Positions 19,691 to 30,490 are shown, counted from the stretch's first letter. The stretch: 64,000 nucleotides of DNA from an uncultured delta proteobacterium (GCA_963755125.1 CAVWIP010000017.1:6308-70307); one strand, 5' to 3'. Notes: generated by a model from the sequence alone, not told the origin. Program-made: numbers and translations.

Positions 19691-21307
19691 GGCTCACCAC
19701 CCAACGTGGAGCCGCAAGCGTACCAAGACGACACGGTCACCCAGAGCAGCGGCGTCGAGGACAACAGCTTCTCCCAGATCTTGGCACCCCTGGGCGGCTT
19801 GACGACGAGCAGCACCCCCGACGAGATCAATGCAGCCGTGCGCACCTGGGCCACCGGTGTGGTCGACTTGCCGCCCGTGGAGCGGGTGACAGCCAGGGCC
19901 GAGGCGGTCCGCCTCTTGAAAGATGTGAGCGTGCGATCAGCAGCAGCCCTGGTCGATGCGGCGCTTGCCGAGGCGCTTGCAGCCAAGCAGGACGAACCAG
20001 ACGGCGACGACGCGCCGATCTCGACTGGACAGTTTGCCGAGGTCGAGCCGTGGCCGGACCCCGTGGACGGGCAGGACCTCATTAGAGAGCTGGAGTCATT
20101 CGTCCGCAGGTTCTTGATTTTGCCCAGCGAGCACGCCTACATGGCTTTGGTTCTCTGGGCGCTGGCGACGCACGCGCACGACCTGTTCCAGCTTTTCCCG
20201 ATCTTGGTGATTTCCAGCCCCGTTCCGGGAAGCGGCAAGACCACGGTCCTGACGGTGTTGTCCGCGCTGGTGCCCAAGCCGTTCTTCACCAGCAACGCGA
20301 CCGCGGCATCATTATTCCGTGCAATCGATGACTTCCACCCCACGGTGACGATCGACGAGGCTGACAGTTTCTTGATCGGCAACGAGGCCCTGCGCGGCTT
20401 GCTCAACTCTTGCCACCTCCGCGCTTACGCTTTCGTGACCCGCGCCATTGGCACGTTCTCGACATGGGCGGCCGTGGTGCTCGCCCTCATCGGCAAGGTG
20501 CCCAAGACGGTCGAAGATCGCGCCATCATCATCCCGATGCAACGGCGTGCGCCGCACGAGCAGGTCGAGCGCTTCCGTCAGGACCGGCTCCACGAGTTTG
20601 AACACTTGCGTCGGAAAGCTGCCCGCTGGGTGCAAGATCATGCCGAACAAATCCCGACGGCCGATCCCGAGATTCCCGACGAGATCTCGCGTGACAGAGC
20701 GCGCGACAACTGGCGCGTTCTCCTCGCGCTTGCAGATGAAATTGGTGGCGATGTTGCCCGCCGTGCGCGAGAGGCGGCAGTGGCGCTGTCGAGAGCCGAC
20801 GAGGAGTTCGACGAGGACCCGGCTACGCTGCTTCTGCGTGACCTGCAAGGGCTCTTCCACCATCGGTGCGCGGACCGCCTCGAGAGCCAGGAAATCGTGA
20901 ACAGCCTAGTCGCGATGCCAGATCATCCTTGGTCCGCCTACAACCATGGGCAACCCCTGACCACACGAGGCTTGGCAGTGATACTGGGGCTATTCCGCAT
21001 CAAGCCCCAGAAGTGGTCGGTGACGGAAGCTGGAAGACGGATATCGAAGCGGGGCTACCTGCTTTCAGATCTAAAGGACACGTTCGCCCGCTACGTGCCG
21101 GCTCCGGCTGGCCCGCTGCCCGAGCCGACTGAGCCCAACGAACCGCCCCAAGCGCCCCATCCGCCCCAGGTGCCACCGCTGCCGGAGCCCACGGAATCGC
21201 CAGAGCCAGTGCCCAACGAACCGCCCCAAGCGCCCCAAGCGCCCCCGCCGGAACCTGCGAAGAAGAAGACCAAGCCAGTCATTCCGTACTCTAGGGCCCG
21301 GTCGTGA
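19649..21307 (+). CDS. P-loop NTPase, DUF3631/VirE/phage-primase C-terminal-like, with Pro-rich PEPTEPNEPPQAP C-terminal repeats
   Basis: Walker A VISSPVPGSGKTTVLTVL; Walker B-like TVTIDEAD; start uncertain (overlaps xis 5' end). Confidence 0.4.
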   Translation: MAENKAAKFCVSLIGSPPNVEPQAYQDDTVTQSSGVEDNSFSQILAPLGGLTTSSTPDEINAAVRTWATGVVDLPPVERVTARAEAVRLLKDVSVRSAAALVDAALAEALAAKQDEPDGDDAPISTGQFAEVEPWPDPVDGQDLIRELESFVRRFLILPSEHAYMALVLWALATHAHDLFQLFPILVISSPVPGSGKTTVLTVLSALVPKPFFTSNATAASLFRAIDDFHPTVTIDEADSFLIGNEALRGLLNSCHLRAYAFVTRAIGTFSTWAAVVLALIGKVPKTVEDRAIIIPMQRRAPHEQVERFRQDRLHEFEHLRRKAARWVQDHAEQIPTADPEIPDEISRDRARDNWRVLLALADEIGGDVARRAREAAVALSRADEEFDEDPATLLLRDLQGLFHHRCADRLESQEIVNSLVAMPDHPWSAYNHGQPLTTRGLAVILGLFRIKPQKWSVTEAGRRISKRGYLLSDLKDTFARYVPAPAGPLPEPTEPNEPPQAPHPPQVPPLPEPTESPEPVPNEPPQAPQAPPPEPAKKKTKPVIPYSRARS

Positions 21308-21323
21308 ACCACGCATCGTGCGT

Positions 21324-21354
21324 GGGGCGGATGGGGCGGATGGGGCGGATGGGG
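21324..21354 (+). other. canonical G-quadruplex motif (GGGG CGGAT)x3 GGGG, 9-bp tandem repeat
   Basis: gtGGGGcggatGGGGcggatGGGGcggatGGGGcac directly after stop of P-loop gene. Confidence 0.4.
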
Positions 21355-21839
21355 CACGGTTTTCGGGGCGGCTTTCCCCAGGCACCGAAAGTTGATCTGC
21401 CACCGATGGCATCGACCACCGGCACGGCTTCACCGCCTTGAAGCAAGGCGACAGGGGTTCTGGAAGGAGAACGAGCAACAATGGGCTATCGACTTCGACT
21501 CATAGAGTTGGAAACCGACGAGTGTGACCGTTGCCTGCGCGGAACAACGGCAGCGCCGCGGGCGATGGGGGCGGGACCCGAGAAGGCTAAGATCGTAGTC
21601 GCCGTACCGGCGATGACCGCCGAGATGGCCGCAATCGGTCACCCGATTCCCCCAGCAAGCCGCGCCTGGGAGTTTTTCGACTGGCAGTTCACCACCTGCA
21701 GCTACCCGATCAATGGGGTGCGCTTCACCGGCCTCGTCAGGTGTCCCGGGCGTGCGCTGTCCGAGCCAGGCTGCGTTGCCCAATGTGAAGACCACCTTGC
21801 CCATGAACTTGCGGCCGTTGGCGCAGAGGTCCTGCTGCT

Positions 21840-23084
21840 CTATGGCCGCGTCACGCCGGAGTCATTTGAAGGAAGCCGCCGGTTCAGCAGCTCTGGAGAT
21901 GCCGTCACGTTCGCCTGCAGCGACGATGTGATCGTGCCGGTGCTCTTCATCGACGACCTGGACACCGTGTTGCAGCAGGCGGACATCGCGTTCTGTCGGT
22001 TGTTGTTCACGGTTACAGTCCGAACCAGTTCATCCTCGGAGGTTTGAACGATGCGAATCGGCAACAGGACTCGCTCCCAAAGATCCTCTTTGATCTTCGT
22101 TCTAAGGTGGGGGTCGTAGCGGAAGAAGAATGCGTTCTTGATCGTCTGGCAGCCGTTGAGCACAAATGCCTCGCGCAGCTCAACCCCGCCATCGACAACC
22201 TCACTGCGACGTGCGAACAACGTGATGCCATTATGAAACATGGCGAACCGCTCAGGGGTGAGCGTGCCTTCCACGCAAATCTGCTTTAGGGTCGCCCTCA
22301 TCTTTCCGGCCGGGCCCTTCTCGGTGTTCTTCTTCGACATGAGGTAGTACCGCACGTTTCGGGAGAACAAGGCATCTCGCCGAGCGCAGTACAGATTCAC
22401 CAAGTCCGCCAGTCGACCTACGCCGGTTAGCATGCTAGCCCCTTCGCCGGCGGAGAAGTGGTGTGCCCCTTCAAGACGAAGCATCACCGTCTCAGGGCGC
22501 GCTACGACGATTTGTTGTGGCCCGACGTGTACTGGCCCAACCGGTCGGATGCGGCACGTGTGTCCGTCGAGCACGTCTGCGACAACCTCGCGAAGCCGGG
22601 TCATCGCGCCTCCCAGACGCTGACCAAGTATCGCCTCCTCTTCGCCCGAAAGGTGGAGGACTTGTAGCTCCAGCTCAAGCGAGGATCGGCTCTCCTCCGT
22701 GAGCCTGTTCAGAGCTGCGCGCAGATTCATCAGGACCTTGTTTTCGACCACGTTCTCGGGCTCGAGTCCTTGAAGACATCGGCCTATCTCACCTAAGGTC
22801 CGTTCAAGATCCTTGAACCCCTTTGCCACCATCTGGAGGGATTCCGTGTACTTCGCCTGCACAAGTACCAGCGTGTCCGGTTTTGCGCCGTTCCCAGATT
22901 CGAAATGAAAAGCGTCGACCCCGAAGTCGTAGTTGCCATCCGAAGACTGCTGCATAGCCTGGCTTTCCGGCAGTTGGAACTTTTGGTGCAGGTACCAAGG
23001 GGCGAAGCAGTGTGCCTCGGTCCCGGTGAAGGCAGTCCGCTTCCAGAAACTCCTGACCTGGTCCCTGACTGCTGCGCTATTCAT
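21840..23084 (-). CDS. AIPR-like abortive infection protein (putative)
   Basis: N-terminal PD-(D/E)xK-like DFGVDA..VLVQAKY; later VLNGCQT matching AIPR NGxQT motif; strong AAAGGAGG RBS. Confidence 0.45.
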   Translation of the reverse strand: MNSAAVRDQVRSFWKRTAFTGTEAHCFAPWYLHQKFQLPESQAMQQSSDGNYDFGVDAFHFESGNGAKPDTLVLVQAKYTESLQMVAKGFKDLERTLGEIGRCLQGLEPENVVENKVLMNLRAALNRLTEESRSSLELELQVLHLSGEEEAILGQRLGGAMTRLREVVADVLDGHTCRIRPVGPVHVGPQQIVVARPETVMLRLEGAHHFSAGEGASMLTGVGRLADLVNLYCARRDALFSRNVRYYLMSKKNTEKGPAGKMRATLKQICVEGTLTPERFAMFHNGITLFARRSEVVDGGVELREAFVLNGCQTIKNAFFFRYDPHLRTKIKEDLWERVLLPIRIVQTSEDELVRTVTVNNNRQNAMSACCNTVSRSSMKSTGTITSSLQANVTASPELLNRRLPSNDSGVTRP

Positions 23085-23647
23085 CCTTCCTCCTTTGTAG
23101 GGTTCATCGTGAATACCAGACTGGCTGGGCGATTGATCGTGGTGGGATGCTCGATGAGAGGGCCCTATCGAGACACGAATACCTAGTCAGGCTCATCGCC
23201 TTGGCCAGTCTCTCCTTCGGGAATAGTCGCACTTTGTTAACCAGCATCTCTTTCCCGCTGCTCAAACCAATTTACAGACACGACATCCTAGGATTGCCCC
23301 ATCAGAGTTCGCCCCTTCATAGGTCGGCAGAATCCTGGTGCGGGTTGAGCCACCGCAACATCCCAGGTCGGGAGCACTGGCGGATGACGGTTTCGGCGGT
23401 GCTTACGTCCGGCACTTTGAGCACGTTGTGCGAGTGGTCGTTGCCTGCCTGCTATCACCACTGGCTTGGTGGGGATCGGTGGACATGGCAGGCACAGAGG
23501 GATGGACCTGCTTGGGTAAAGCGGTACAGCTGACCCACCGATGAAACGAGTGTCACGGGTATCCGGCCCGTGGTACAGGTGATACGGAACCCGAGCCGGA
23601 GGGTGCAGATCCCCGGGAGCCGACAGTTTTCGCGTAGGAGTCTGCCC

Positions 23648-24931
23648 ATGACGTCCGAGTCCACTCTGCCCAATTTCGGGGACGCAGCGCTCACCACAAG
23701 GCCAGGTGCTCGACGCTCGCTCTCGCCAGCCAGAAGAGACGTGGAGTTGGCAGCCGGCCTCTTCGTGGTTCTACTCGTCTCCGCCTGTGCATCAACTGGC
23801 CTGGTTTTGAGACGTCCGATTGAAAAGCAGTGTAAGACAGTGAAGCTAAAGCAATGCGACGACTTGGTCAACGGCATCCTCTTGTACGTTGACGGCGATG
23901 AAGATGGTGCGCGTTCGGCCCTGGCTGATGCGGTGCGGGCGAACCAGCCGGAGAAGCTCAGGAAGTTCGCTGAGGGTTTGCAGACTATTTCGCACATCCC
24001 CGGGGCGTCTTCGTACATGGAACCCATCGCGAAGGTCAGCGAGTTTCTAGCGCCACCCGCACCGGCACCGAAGTCGAAGCCCGTGCGGAAGACCCAGGTT
24101 GCAAGCCGAACCGGCAGCGAAGACGTAGAACCGCAAGAAACTGAGCGTGCGCCCGGTGCGGCAAGCTGTCCGCCTGAGACCCAGAAGAGCATTGTACCGA
24201 AGACAGCCCCGGTGCCCGAACCGGCCGCCACCTGGAATGACCCGACCAAGATCGATGGCGGCACCGTAACCCCATCGCTTCAGGCGGGAGCAGAAGCCTG
24301 CAATATGGGCATCGGCCTACCCATGTACGAAAACGCTCCATTCAACTCAAAAGCCGCAGGTGCAACATTGGGGGTTTGTCTGGGGGTAGTTTCAGGACCG
24401 ATCACGGTTACCGACATCCACGCCAGCGGGGGGTGTACCGTGGATCTATTCGTGATCGGAGGGACGCCGTCACATTCACGGTGGCTCGTGCAAAGCCCCG
24501 CCCGCACCCCACTACACATCACGGGCGCTCGATTGGCAGCGCGGGAAGGCGAAGTCATCTCGGTGGGTGTCGCCGGCTCCGGTCGGAAGACTGACGCACG
24601 ATGTGCACTCACGTGGGCCGGTTGGAGGCCCTATGGGACGATGTCCCCGACCGCGAGAGGACTCCCAACGCCTTCCCAGTCTGGACAACCGCTGTCAGCC
24701 ACACTGGTGCCCCCCATGCAGCCGGGCACTCAGGGACGTTCGTTGCGAATGGCTGCCGGCACTGGGAACAGCGTGGCCGACAAAGAGACCTCACCCACAG
24801 AAGCCACCCGACCTACCCAACAGCAACGAGCGGTTAGGGAGAAGAAGCCCACTGAGCCTGAAGATGACCACCCCTTGCCACCCAGGAAGGAGGCATGGGA
24901 AGACCCCTTCACTCGCCCAGTGACTCAATAG
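23648..24931 (+). CDS. lipoprotein of unknown function, Pro-rich middle
   Basis: hydrophobic LAAGLFVVLLVSAC lipobox ~50 aa after ATG (start uncertain). Confidence 0.4.
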   Translation: MTSESTLPNFGDAALTTRPGARRSLSPARRDVELAAGLFVVLLVSACASTGLVLRRPIEKQCKTVKLKQCDDLVNGILLYVDGDEDGARSALADAVRANQPEKLRKFAEGLQTISHIPGASSYMEPIAKVSEFLAPPAPAPKSKPVRKTQVASRTGSEDVEPQETERAPGAASCPPETQKSIVPKTAPVPEPAATWNDPTKIDGGTVTPSLQAGAEACNMGIGLPMYENAPFNSKAAGATLGVCLGVVSGPITVTDIHASGGCTVDLFVIGGTPSHSRWLVQSPARTPLHITGARLAAREGEVISVGVAGSGRKTDARCALTWAGWRPYGTMSPTARGLPTPSQSGQPLSATLVPPMQPGTQGRSLRMAAGTGNSVADKETSPTEATRPTQQQRAVREKKPTEPEDDHPLPPRKEAWEDPFTRPVTQ

Positions 24932-25038
24932 TACACTTATGAGTCGGCCCCTGCTGGCCCTCCGGAATCGGCGGCAAAAGCCCCGTCCACACCTCCCGGG
25001 CCGAGGCAGGTTTTTGAAACGGTGCCTGCGAGTCAGGG

Positions 25039-25425
25039 TTGAAACGAATCCCGAATGGAGCGAGCATGGTCCCCATGATGGCCAGGCTGTGGATCGTTCT
25101 TTCGTGTCTTCTGGTGGTATTCGTCGGCGGTTGCAGCGGCGGGAGTCAAAGCCCCAAGTGCGTTACCGGCATCACGGTAGAGTGCCCGTGTGCTACCGGA
25201 CGACAGGGCTCCCAGACGTGCACGTCGGCAGGCACGTTCGGAACGTGCGTGTGTGCCACGCCTGCGGTGGATGCTGGGGGTTCCATCGGAACCGGTGGGA
25301 CGACCACCCTTGCCACGTCAACAGGTGGGGTCGGTGGGCAGTCATGCTCGTGCGCGTGTTGCACAAGTGCTCGAAGCATCTCTGGCACGGGGCTGGTCTC
25401 GTTGAACCCGGGCGTCAGCAAGTAG
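25039..25425 (+). CDS. small Cys-rich lipoprotein
   Basis: signal MMARLWIVLSCLLVVFVGGC lipobox; 13 Cys; overlaps C-terminus of antisense PrimPol-like ORF. Confidence 0.35.
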   Translation: MKRIPNGASMVPMMARLWIVLSCLLVVFVGGCSGGSQSPKCVTGITVECPCATGRQGSQTCTSAGTFGTCVCATPAVDAGGSIGTGGTTTLATSTGGVGGQSCSCACCTSARSISGTGLVSLNPGVSK

Positions 25426-26402
25426 CTTCCCTGGCCCAGTGGGAGCCGGACGCCCTGTTCCGGCACCTCGACGCGGACGAAACGGCAAGGACCACGGTGA
25501 ACAACTCCGAGATCGAACTTCTCCAGTCTTCGCCGTGCGATGCTGACCAGGAACTGGTAGGAGACCGGCTGGTCGAAGAACAGCAGCAGGTGCACCCCAC
25601 CGCTCGATGACGAGCGAATCGGGAGAGCCTCGGGGAAGGCGGCCATCGCCAGCTTGAGCGTCTCCTCGAAATTGACTCGCTGTAGGTCACCGTGTCGATC
25701 TAAGTCAAGCGTCAGGACCTGGGTGCTTTCCAGGCCGAAGCTCGACAGGGGCATCTCGCCCGTGAGATGCATCGCGATGAGATTGTCATTGGGCCGCTTG
25801 TTGGGCGTGGTCTGCCAGTACCGGCGATGCCGGCGCTTGGATTTTCCGCGCATAGACTCGGGCGACTGGAGAGCCCGGTATCCGGTGGAACCTTCAAGAA
25901 AGAGTCGGCGTATATCCGCAATGGCTGTCTGCTGCGCCCAGCCCCGGGGAAAACCCACAGCTTCAAATCGTAGGTGGACCTTTTCCAGCCAGTCCACCTC
26001 TGCGTCCGGGTCCAGGCCGTGGTCCTGAAGAATCTTGGCAAGCAAGATCTGAGCAGGCGTGCGTCCCATGAACTGTTGGGCGAATGGCCTGACCAAGTCC
26101 ACAAGGCTGCGACTGACCAGCGGGTTGCCGCCGGTGGCGATTTCCACCGCGCGCGCGATGGCCGTGATGTTCTTGGCAAGCGGTGACTCGGGCGGAATGT
26201 AGAGCGGGTCCGCAGCTGCGCTCAGGTCAAACGATCCGGTCCAGATTGAGCTTGAAGCTAGATTCAAGGCGCGGCGTATCGTGTACGAACGCCAGGAAGG
26301 CGCGTTCGACAATCTTTGGAGAACGAACCCGCAGGCGCTTGAGGACGAGTACGAGAACACTCGCGGGGCCTGGGTGGACATCTCTGAACTTGCCCGGGCC
26401 AT
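25146..26402 (-). CDS. PrimPol-like (archaeo-eukaryotic primase superfamily) protein
   Basis: motif I LTLDLDRHGD, motif II SSGGVHLLLFF, motif III RFVRVE; low-complexity C-terminal ~80 aa overlaps 25039..25425 so true 3' end uncertain. Confidence 0.45.
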   Translation of the reverse strand: MARASSEMSTQAPRVFSYSSSSACGFVLQRLSNAPSWRSYTIRRALNLASSSIWTGSFDLSAAADPLYIPPESPLAKNITAIARAVEIATGGNPLVSRSLVDLVRPFAQQFMGRTPAQILLAKILQDHGLDPDAEVDWLEKVHLRFEAVGFPRGWAQQTAIADIRRLFLEGSTGYRALQSPESMRGKSKRRHRRYWQTTPNKRPNDNLIAMHLTGEMPLSSFGLESTQVLTLDLDRHGDLQRVNFEETLKLAMAAFPEALPIRSSSSGGVHLLLFFDQPVSYQFLVSIARRRLEKFDLGVVHRGPCRFVRVEVPEQGVRLPLGQGSYLLTPGFNETSPVPEMLRALVQHAHEHDCPPTPPVDVARVVVPPVPMEPPASTAGVAHTHVPNVPADVHVWEPCRPVAHGHSTVMPVTHLGL

Positions 26403-26520
26403 CGCAGCTGCCGCAGGTGAGGTCAGGATGGCACTGTACGGTAACGATATCTTTGAGAGTGACGCTGCCTACGAACGATGTTTTGACGATGGAGTTGACC
26501 CGATTTGGTGGACGGTTTCG

Positions 26521-27405
26521 TTACGCAGCTTTCTTACCAGCTTTCTTCACTGAGTGCATCAGCTCAAATTCGATTGGGCTGTTGTAATTGAGCGCCGAAT
26601 GACGGCGGCAAGGATTGTAGAAGCCTTCGATGTACTCGCCAATCGAGAGGTTAGCTGCCTCCCAGCTTTCGAGATCGTCGATGTCTTCCAACTCGCGCTT
26701 GAGGGTCGCGAAGAAACTCTCGGCCACGGCATTATCCCAGCAGTCTCCCTTCCGGCTCATGCTGCATTCTATGCTTCCGGCTTCCAAGGCTTTGCGGTAG
26801 TCGTCGCTCGCGTACGTGCTGCCTCGATCTGAGTGGTGAACCAGGCCGCTGCCGGGCTGGCGTTGGCACAAGGCCATGGCCAGTGCCGCGAGCGCGAGGT
26901 GGCGATCGACATTCCGACTGGTCGCCCAGCCGACAACCCGCCTGGAAAACAGGTCGAGAATCACCGCGAGGTACAGCCAGCCTTGCTGCGTCCACAGAAA
27001 CGTGATGTCAGTGACCCACGACTGGTTTGGACGAAGCGCGGTGAAGTTGCGCTCCAGCACATTCGGCGCGATGGGGAAGCTGTGCTTCGAGTCGGTGGTC
27101 GTGCGAAAACGATGACGACAGCGCGCCACCAGCTTGTTTTCGCGCATCAGCCTGGCCACCCGCTTGCAACCCACCCGATCCCCGGAAGCTTTGAGGTCGG
27201 CATGAACACGGGGACTGCCGTATCGTCGCCGGCTCCCGTGATGAATCGCGGCTATCCGCTCGGACAGATCCTGGTCACGGCGTGCGTGCAACGAGGCGGG
27301 CCGTCCCTGGCTGGCGTAGTAGCCACTGGGCGAAACGGCCAAGACACGGCAGAGGACCGCGACGGGGAAGGCCACCTTCTCCTCGGAGATGAACGCAAAC
27401 CTCAC
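26521..27405 (-). CDS. IS3-family transposase OrfB (rve integrase core)
   Basis: HHSDRGSTYAS .. DNAVAESFFATLKRE DDE-region motifs. Confidence 0.85.
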   Translation of the reverse strand: MRFAFISEEKVAFPVAVLCRVLAVSPSGYYASQGRPASLHARRDQDLSERIAAIHHGSRRRYGSPRVHADLKASGDRVGCKRVARLMRENKLVARCRHRFRTTTDSKHSFPIAPNVLERNFTALRPNQSWVTDITFLWTQQGWLYLAVILDLFSRRVVGWATSRNVDRHLALAALAMALCQRQPGSGLVHHSDRGSTYASDDYRKALEAGSIECSMSRKGDCWDNAVAESFFATLKRELEDIDDLESWEAANLSIGEYIEGFYNPCRRHSALNYNSPIEFELMHSVKKAGKKAA

Positions 27406-27707
27406 GCGCTCTCCTTGGCGAAGAAGGTGGCCGCCCTTTTTAAAATCTCACGCTCCATGCGGAGGACTTTCACCTCGCGACGCAGATGCGAAAGTTCTTC
27501 CTTCTCGGCGGTCGTCAGGGCGCCAGCAGGGCCCTTGCCCTCGTCTACCCTCGACTGCCGATCCCACTGGTACACCAGGCTGCTTGCCACCCTGAAGTCC
27601 TTTGCTACCTGCGCGACGCTGCGTCCTGCACGGACGAGCGCCACCAAGTCTGCCTTGAACTCGCGCGTGTGCATGCGCCGGGATCGCTTCTTCTCTTTGT
27701 CCAACAT
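27402..27707 (-). CDS. IS3-family transposase OrfA (HTH)
   Basis: MHTREFKADLVALVRAGRSVAQVAKDF; -1 frame relation to orfB; candidate slippery run TTTTAAAAAG near junction. Confidence 0.8.
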   Translation of the reverse strand: MLDKEKKRSRRMHTREFKADLVALVRAGRSVAQVAKDFRVASSLVYQWDRQSRVDEGKGPAGALTTAEKEELSHLRREVKVLRMEREILKRAATFFAKESA

Positions 27708-28423
27708 GTGGTCACCTTTCTACGCCCATTTTCCTGAGCGAGGGTGTCCACCAAACCGGGTCAAGTCCACGAGAAGAAGCGGTTGTCCTCGATTGTCCTC
27801 CTCACGCTCCTCCAGAACCTTCATGATGTGATGGCCCTTGTCCTCAAGAAGGATCTCAACCTGGTTCCCAAAGAGGGCGCGCCCAAGCCCGCTCGGCTGA
27901 TGTACCACGCCATATGCCTACTGACTCGCTATCTCGCGAAAGAGGACATGCGCGACTTCGTCGCGCTCTGGGGGGCACAGCTTCACTACAAGGACAAGGA
28001 CTTCCGGGAGGAGGTTCGCCGGATCCTGAACTCGACCAAGAGTGGGATTCGCGCCGAATTGTCTCGGCAATTCATGTCGCTTGAGTCTGGGAGCGCGGAG
28101 CAGCTCAACGAGGCTTTTGATCGATGCAAAGCCGCTTTGAAACTCAAGGACGGCATCGATCCCTTCGAGACCTTCAAGGACCTAGATGAACAGGTGCCGG
28201 TGTTAGGGGAAGCTGATGATTGACTGAGGGGATCCCCGCATTTGGGAGTAGCAAGTGTTGATATTGTTGGGTCAGGGACCGGCGCGGTGGTGTGCAGGAG
28301 GTTGATGTTCTTGCCACCATCCACCGAGGCCCGCTGTTTTTCCGACGGTCGCTTCCAGGTATACTACCCCGCGTGGTTGATTGAGTGCCCATGGTTCCTG
28401 TCTCACGTGCAATCGGAGGCACC

Positions 28424-29551
28424 ATGTTGAAGGGTGTGTGTTCTGTCTTCGTGAAGCTGGCCATGGTGTTCGTGTTGGTATTCACCATCGGTGCAACCGG
28501 GTGCAGCGGTGGTAGCGGTGGCAGAGGAACGGATGCCGGCGGCGATGCGACTGGTGCTGCGACGCTGGAAGGGGTCTTCGTGCCGACGGGCAGCCTGACC
28601 GTGGCTAGGTTCGGCCAGACGGCGACGCTGTTGGGCAACGGGATGGTGCTCATTGCTGGCGGGGCTGGTTCGAGCGCGGAGCTGTACAACCCAAACGCCA
28701 GAACGTTCACCCCCACCAGCAGTATGACAACGGCAAGACAGAGCCATACGGCGACGTTGTTGCCGAACGGGATGGTGCTCATCGCTGGCGGAGATGAACT
28801 CGCCAGCACCGAGCTATACGACCCAAACGCCCAGACTTTCACCGCCACCGGCAACATGACCGTGGCGAGACAGGGGCACACAGCCACGCTGTTGCCGAAC
28901 GGAATGGTCCTCATCGCTGGCGGAGACGAACTTGGCAGCACCGAGCTATACGACCCCAATGCCGGGACTTTCACCGCCGCCGGGAACATGGCCGAATCCA
29001 TGCATACGGCAACGTTGTTGCCCGATGGGGAAGTGCTCATCGCCAGCAGCTACGCTGGCGGCGTGAATGCCGAGTTGTACGACCCAGTGGCCGGGACATT
29101 CACGGCCACAGGTAGCCTGTCGACGGCGAGGGAAGGCCACACGGCATGTTTGCTGCCTAACGGCAAAGTGCTCATCGCCGGCGGACGGAATTACGATAAC
29201 AGCGGCTCGCTGCAGTTCCTTGCGAGCGCGGAGCTATACGACCTGACAGTCGGGGCATTTGCGCCAACCGGCACGATGTCTGTACCAAGGCAGTACCACA
29301 CGGCGACGTTGCTGACGAGCGGGAAGGTGCTCATCGCCGGCGGACTCAGTGACGGCGGGGATCTCGCAAGCGCGGAGCTATACGACCCAGAGGCTGGGGC
29401 ATTTGGAGCAACCGGCAGCATGTCCGTAGCAGGGGCATGGCACACAGCGACGTTGTTGACGAGCGGGAAGGTGCTCATCGCCGGCGGCGGCTTTGCCGAT
29501 TACGAGACTCTCTTGCTCACGCCCCTCGCAAGCGCGGAGCTGTACGAATAG
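28424..29551 (+). CDS. Kelch-repeat beta-propeller lipoprotein, paralog 1
   Basis: GGAGG RBS + ATG shared with paralog 2; lipobox FTIGATGC; ~7 repeats AELYDPxxGTFTxTGxMxxARxxHTATLLxNGxVLIAGG. Confidence 0.65.
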   Translation: MLKGVCSVFVKLAMVFVLVFTIGATGCSGGSGGRGTDAGGDATGAATLEGVFVPTGSLTVARFGQTATLLGNGMVLIAGGAGSSAELYNPNARTFTPTSSMTTARQSHTATLLPNGMVLIAGGDELASTELYDPNAQTFTATGNMTVARQGHTATLLPNGMVLIAGGDELGSTELYDPNAGTFTAAGNMAESMHTATLLPDGEVLIASSYAGGVNAELYDPVAGTFTATGSLSTAREGHTACLLPNGKVLIAGGRNYDNSGSLQFLASAELYDLTVGAFAPTGTMSVPRQYHTATLLTSGKVLIAGGLSDGGDLASAELYDPEAGAFGATGSMSVAGAWHTATLLTSGKVLIAGGGFADYETLLLTPLASAELYE

Positions 29552-29600
29552 CGGCGACAGTCGGTGCCAACGGAAGAGCTACAGCTACGTCAGGGAAGGA

Positions 29601-29720
29601 CAATCGGGCACTCTTCGTTTGGTACCGAGTAAGCTACAGATACTGGGTCCCCTTTCCCCAAACGTACCCACGGTTATCCATGCACCGGGGGGGTATGTCA
29701 ACGGCGGCGGGAAAAATGCG
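29601..29720. repeat. conserved 3'-flank element copy A (shares ~100 bp with 33771..33900)
   Basis: gggacaatcgggcaYtcttcg..gggtcccctttc..ccatgcaccggggg..atgtc..cggcgg. Confidence 0.5.
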
Positions 29721-29968
29721 AGCTACTTGATCCAGAACACACGTGACGCATGATTTCCGGCCAAGTTGAACATAATTCGGTGCGCTGCAGATCGTGGTGT
29801 CGGTGGTCTGGCCATGTGAGCGGGAACACCTGGGACAGGTGGCAAGAGCAGCCTTCGATACAGCCGGGAATGGTAAGGGACCACATCACACACATCGTCG
29901 CCAGAGCTTGCGAGAAACGGCGTGCGGAGGGAAGCTAGGGCCGGATAAAAAGTTCGAAAGGGCTGAGG

Positions 29969-30490
29969 GTGATCCCCATTCACATAAGCGGTACACAGCC
30001 CGAAGTTCATGCCTCGACGATTGCAGTCGTGCCCGAAGGGGCAACCACGCCGCGCAAGCTTACGGAGCCGCTGACAAACCCCAAGGGCAGCATCGTGTTT
30101 CAGCCACGAGACTGCTATTTTCGCGCCTGTGATCCCTCTGATGCAAATGGTTGGGTCCTCTCGATATATGTCTTCCCCATTCGAAAGGTGCCGCCATGCC
30201 AATACGTGGATGGTGAATGCGTCTGTGATGTGGCGATCGATCACTTGAACGGACCGCTTGCTTGCGTCATGCGTCTCAAGGTGGTCAGGCTGCAGAACGA
30301 GAATGTCTTTCTTGGGCTGGCGATGAATCGGGCAGTCCTGTCATTTCCGAGCAGCTCCGGCTGGATGATTAATGGGCCGGGTGACTATACCGCTGCCAAG
30401 AAGGGCCATGTTCTGATGGCATGCTACCCTCGCAATTCCATTCCTGTCGTCGGCCGACCATCTCTCGATCGAAGCATAACCAAGGGGTGA
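29969..30490 (+). CDS. hypothetical protein, low-GC islet
   Basis: 173-aa ORF; Cys-containing; no motif; GC lower than surroundings. Confidence 0.3.
   Translation: MIPIHISGTQPEVHASTIAVVPEGATTPRKLTEPLTNPKGSIVFQPRDCYFRACDPSDANGWVLSIYVFPIRKVPPCQYVDGECVCDVAIDHLNGPLACVMRLKVVRLQNENVFLGLAMNRAVLSFPSSSGWMINGPGDYTAAKKGHVLMACYPRNSIPVVGRPSLDRSITKG

Larger units (their letters stand above)
26490..27769 (-). mobile_element. IS3-family insertion sequence, copy 1 (1280 bp)
   Basis: 22-bp imperfect terminal IRs TGGAGTTGACCCGATTTGGTGG / TGGACTTGACCCGGTTTGGTGG; 3-bp TSD cga (26487..26489, 27770..27772); identical to 39872..41151. Confidence 0.85.
26281..28223 (+). pseudogene. hypothetical gene split by IS3-family insertion (26281..26489 + 27770..28223)
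   Basis: reading frame ..ERCFDD|EKKRLSSIV.. is continuous once IS and one copy of 3-bp TSD are removed. Confidence 0.5.

Noticed and set aside
21481-22047. 188-aa plus-strand ORF
   Set aside because: No motif. 3' third overlaps convergent AIPR-like gene. Kept as doubtful rather than called.
28174-29040. 288-aa minus-strand ORF
   Set aside because: Exactly antisense to the Kelch lipoprotein gene. Mirror ORFs are common at this GC content and there is no start-context support.
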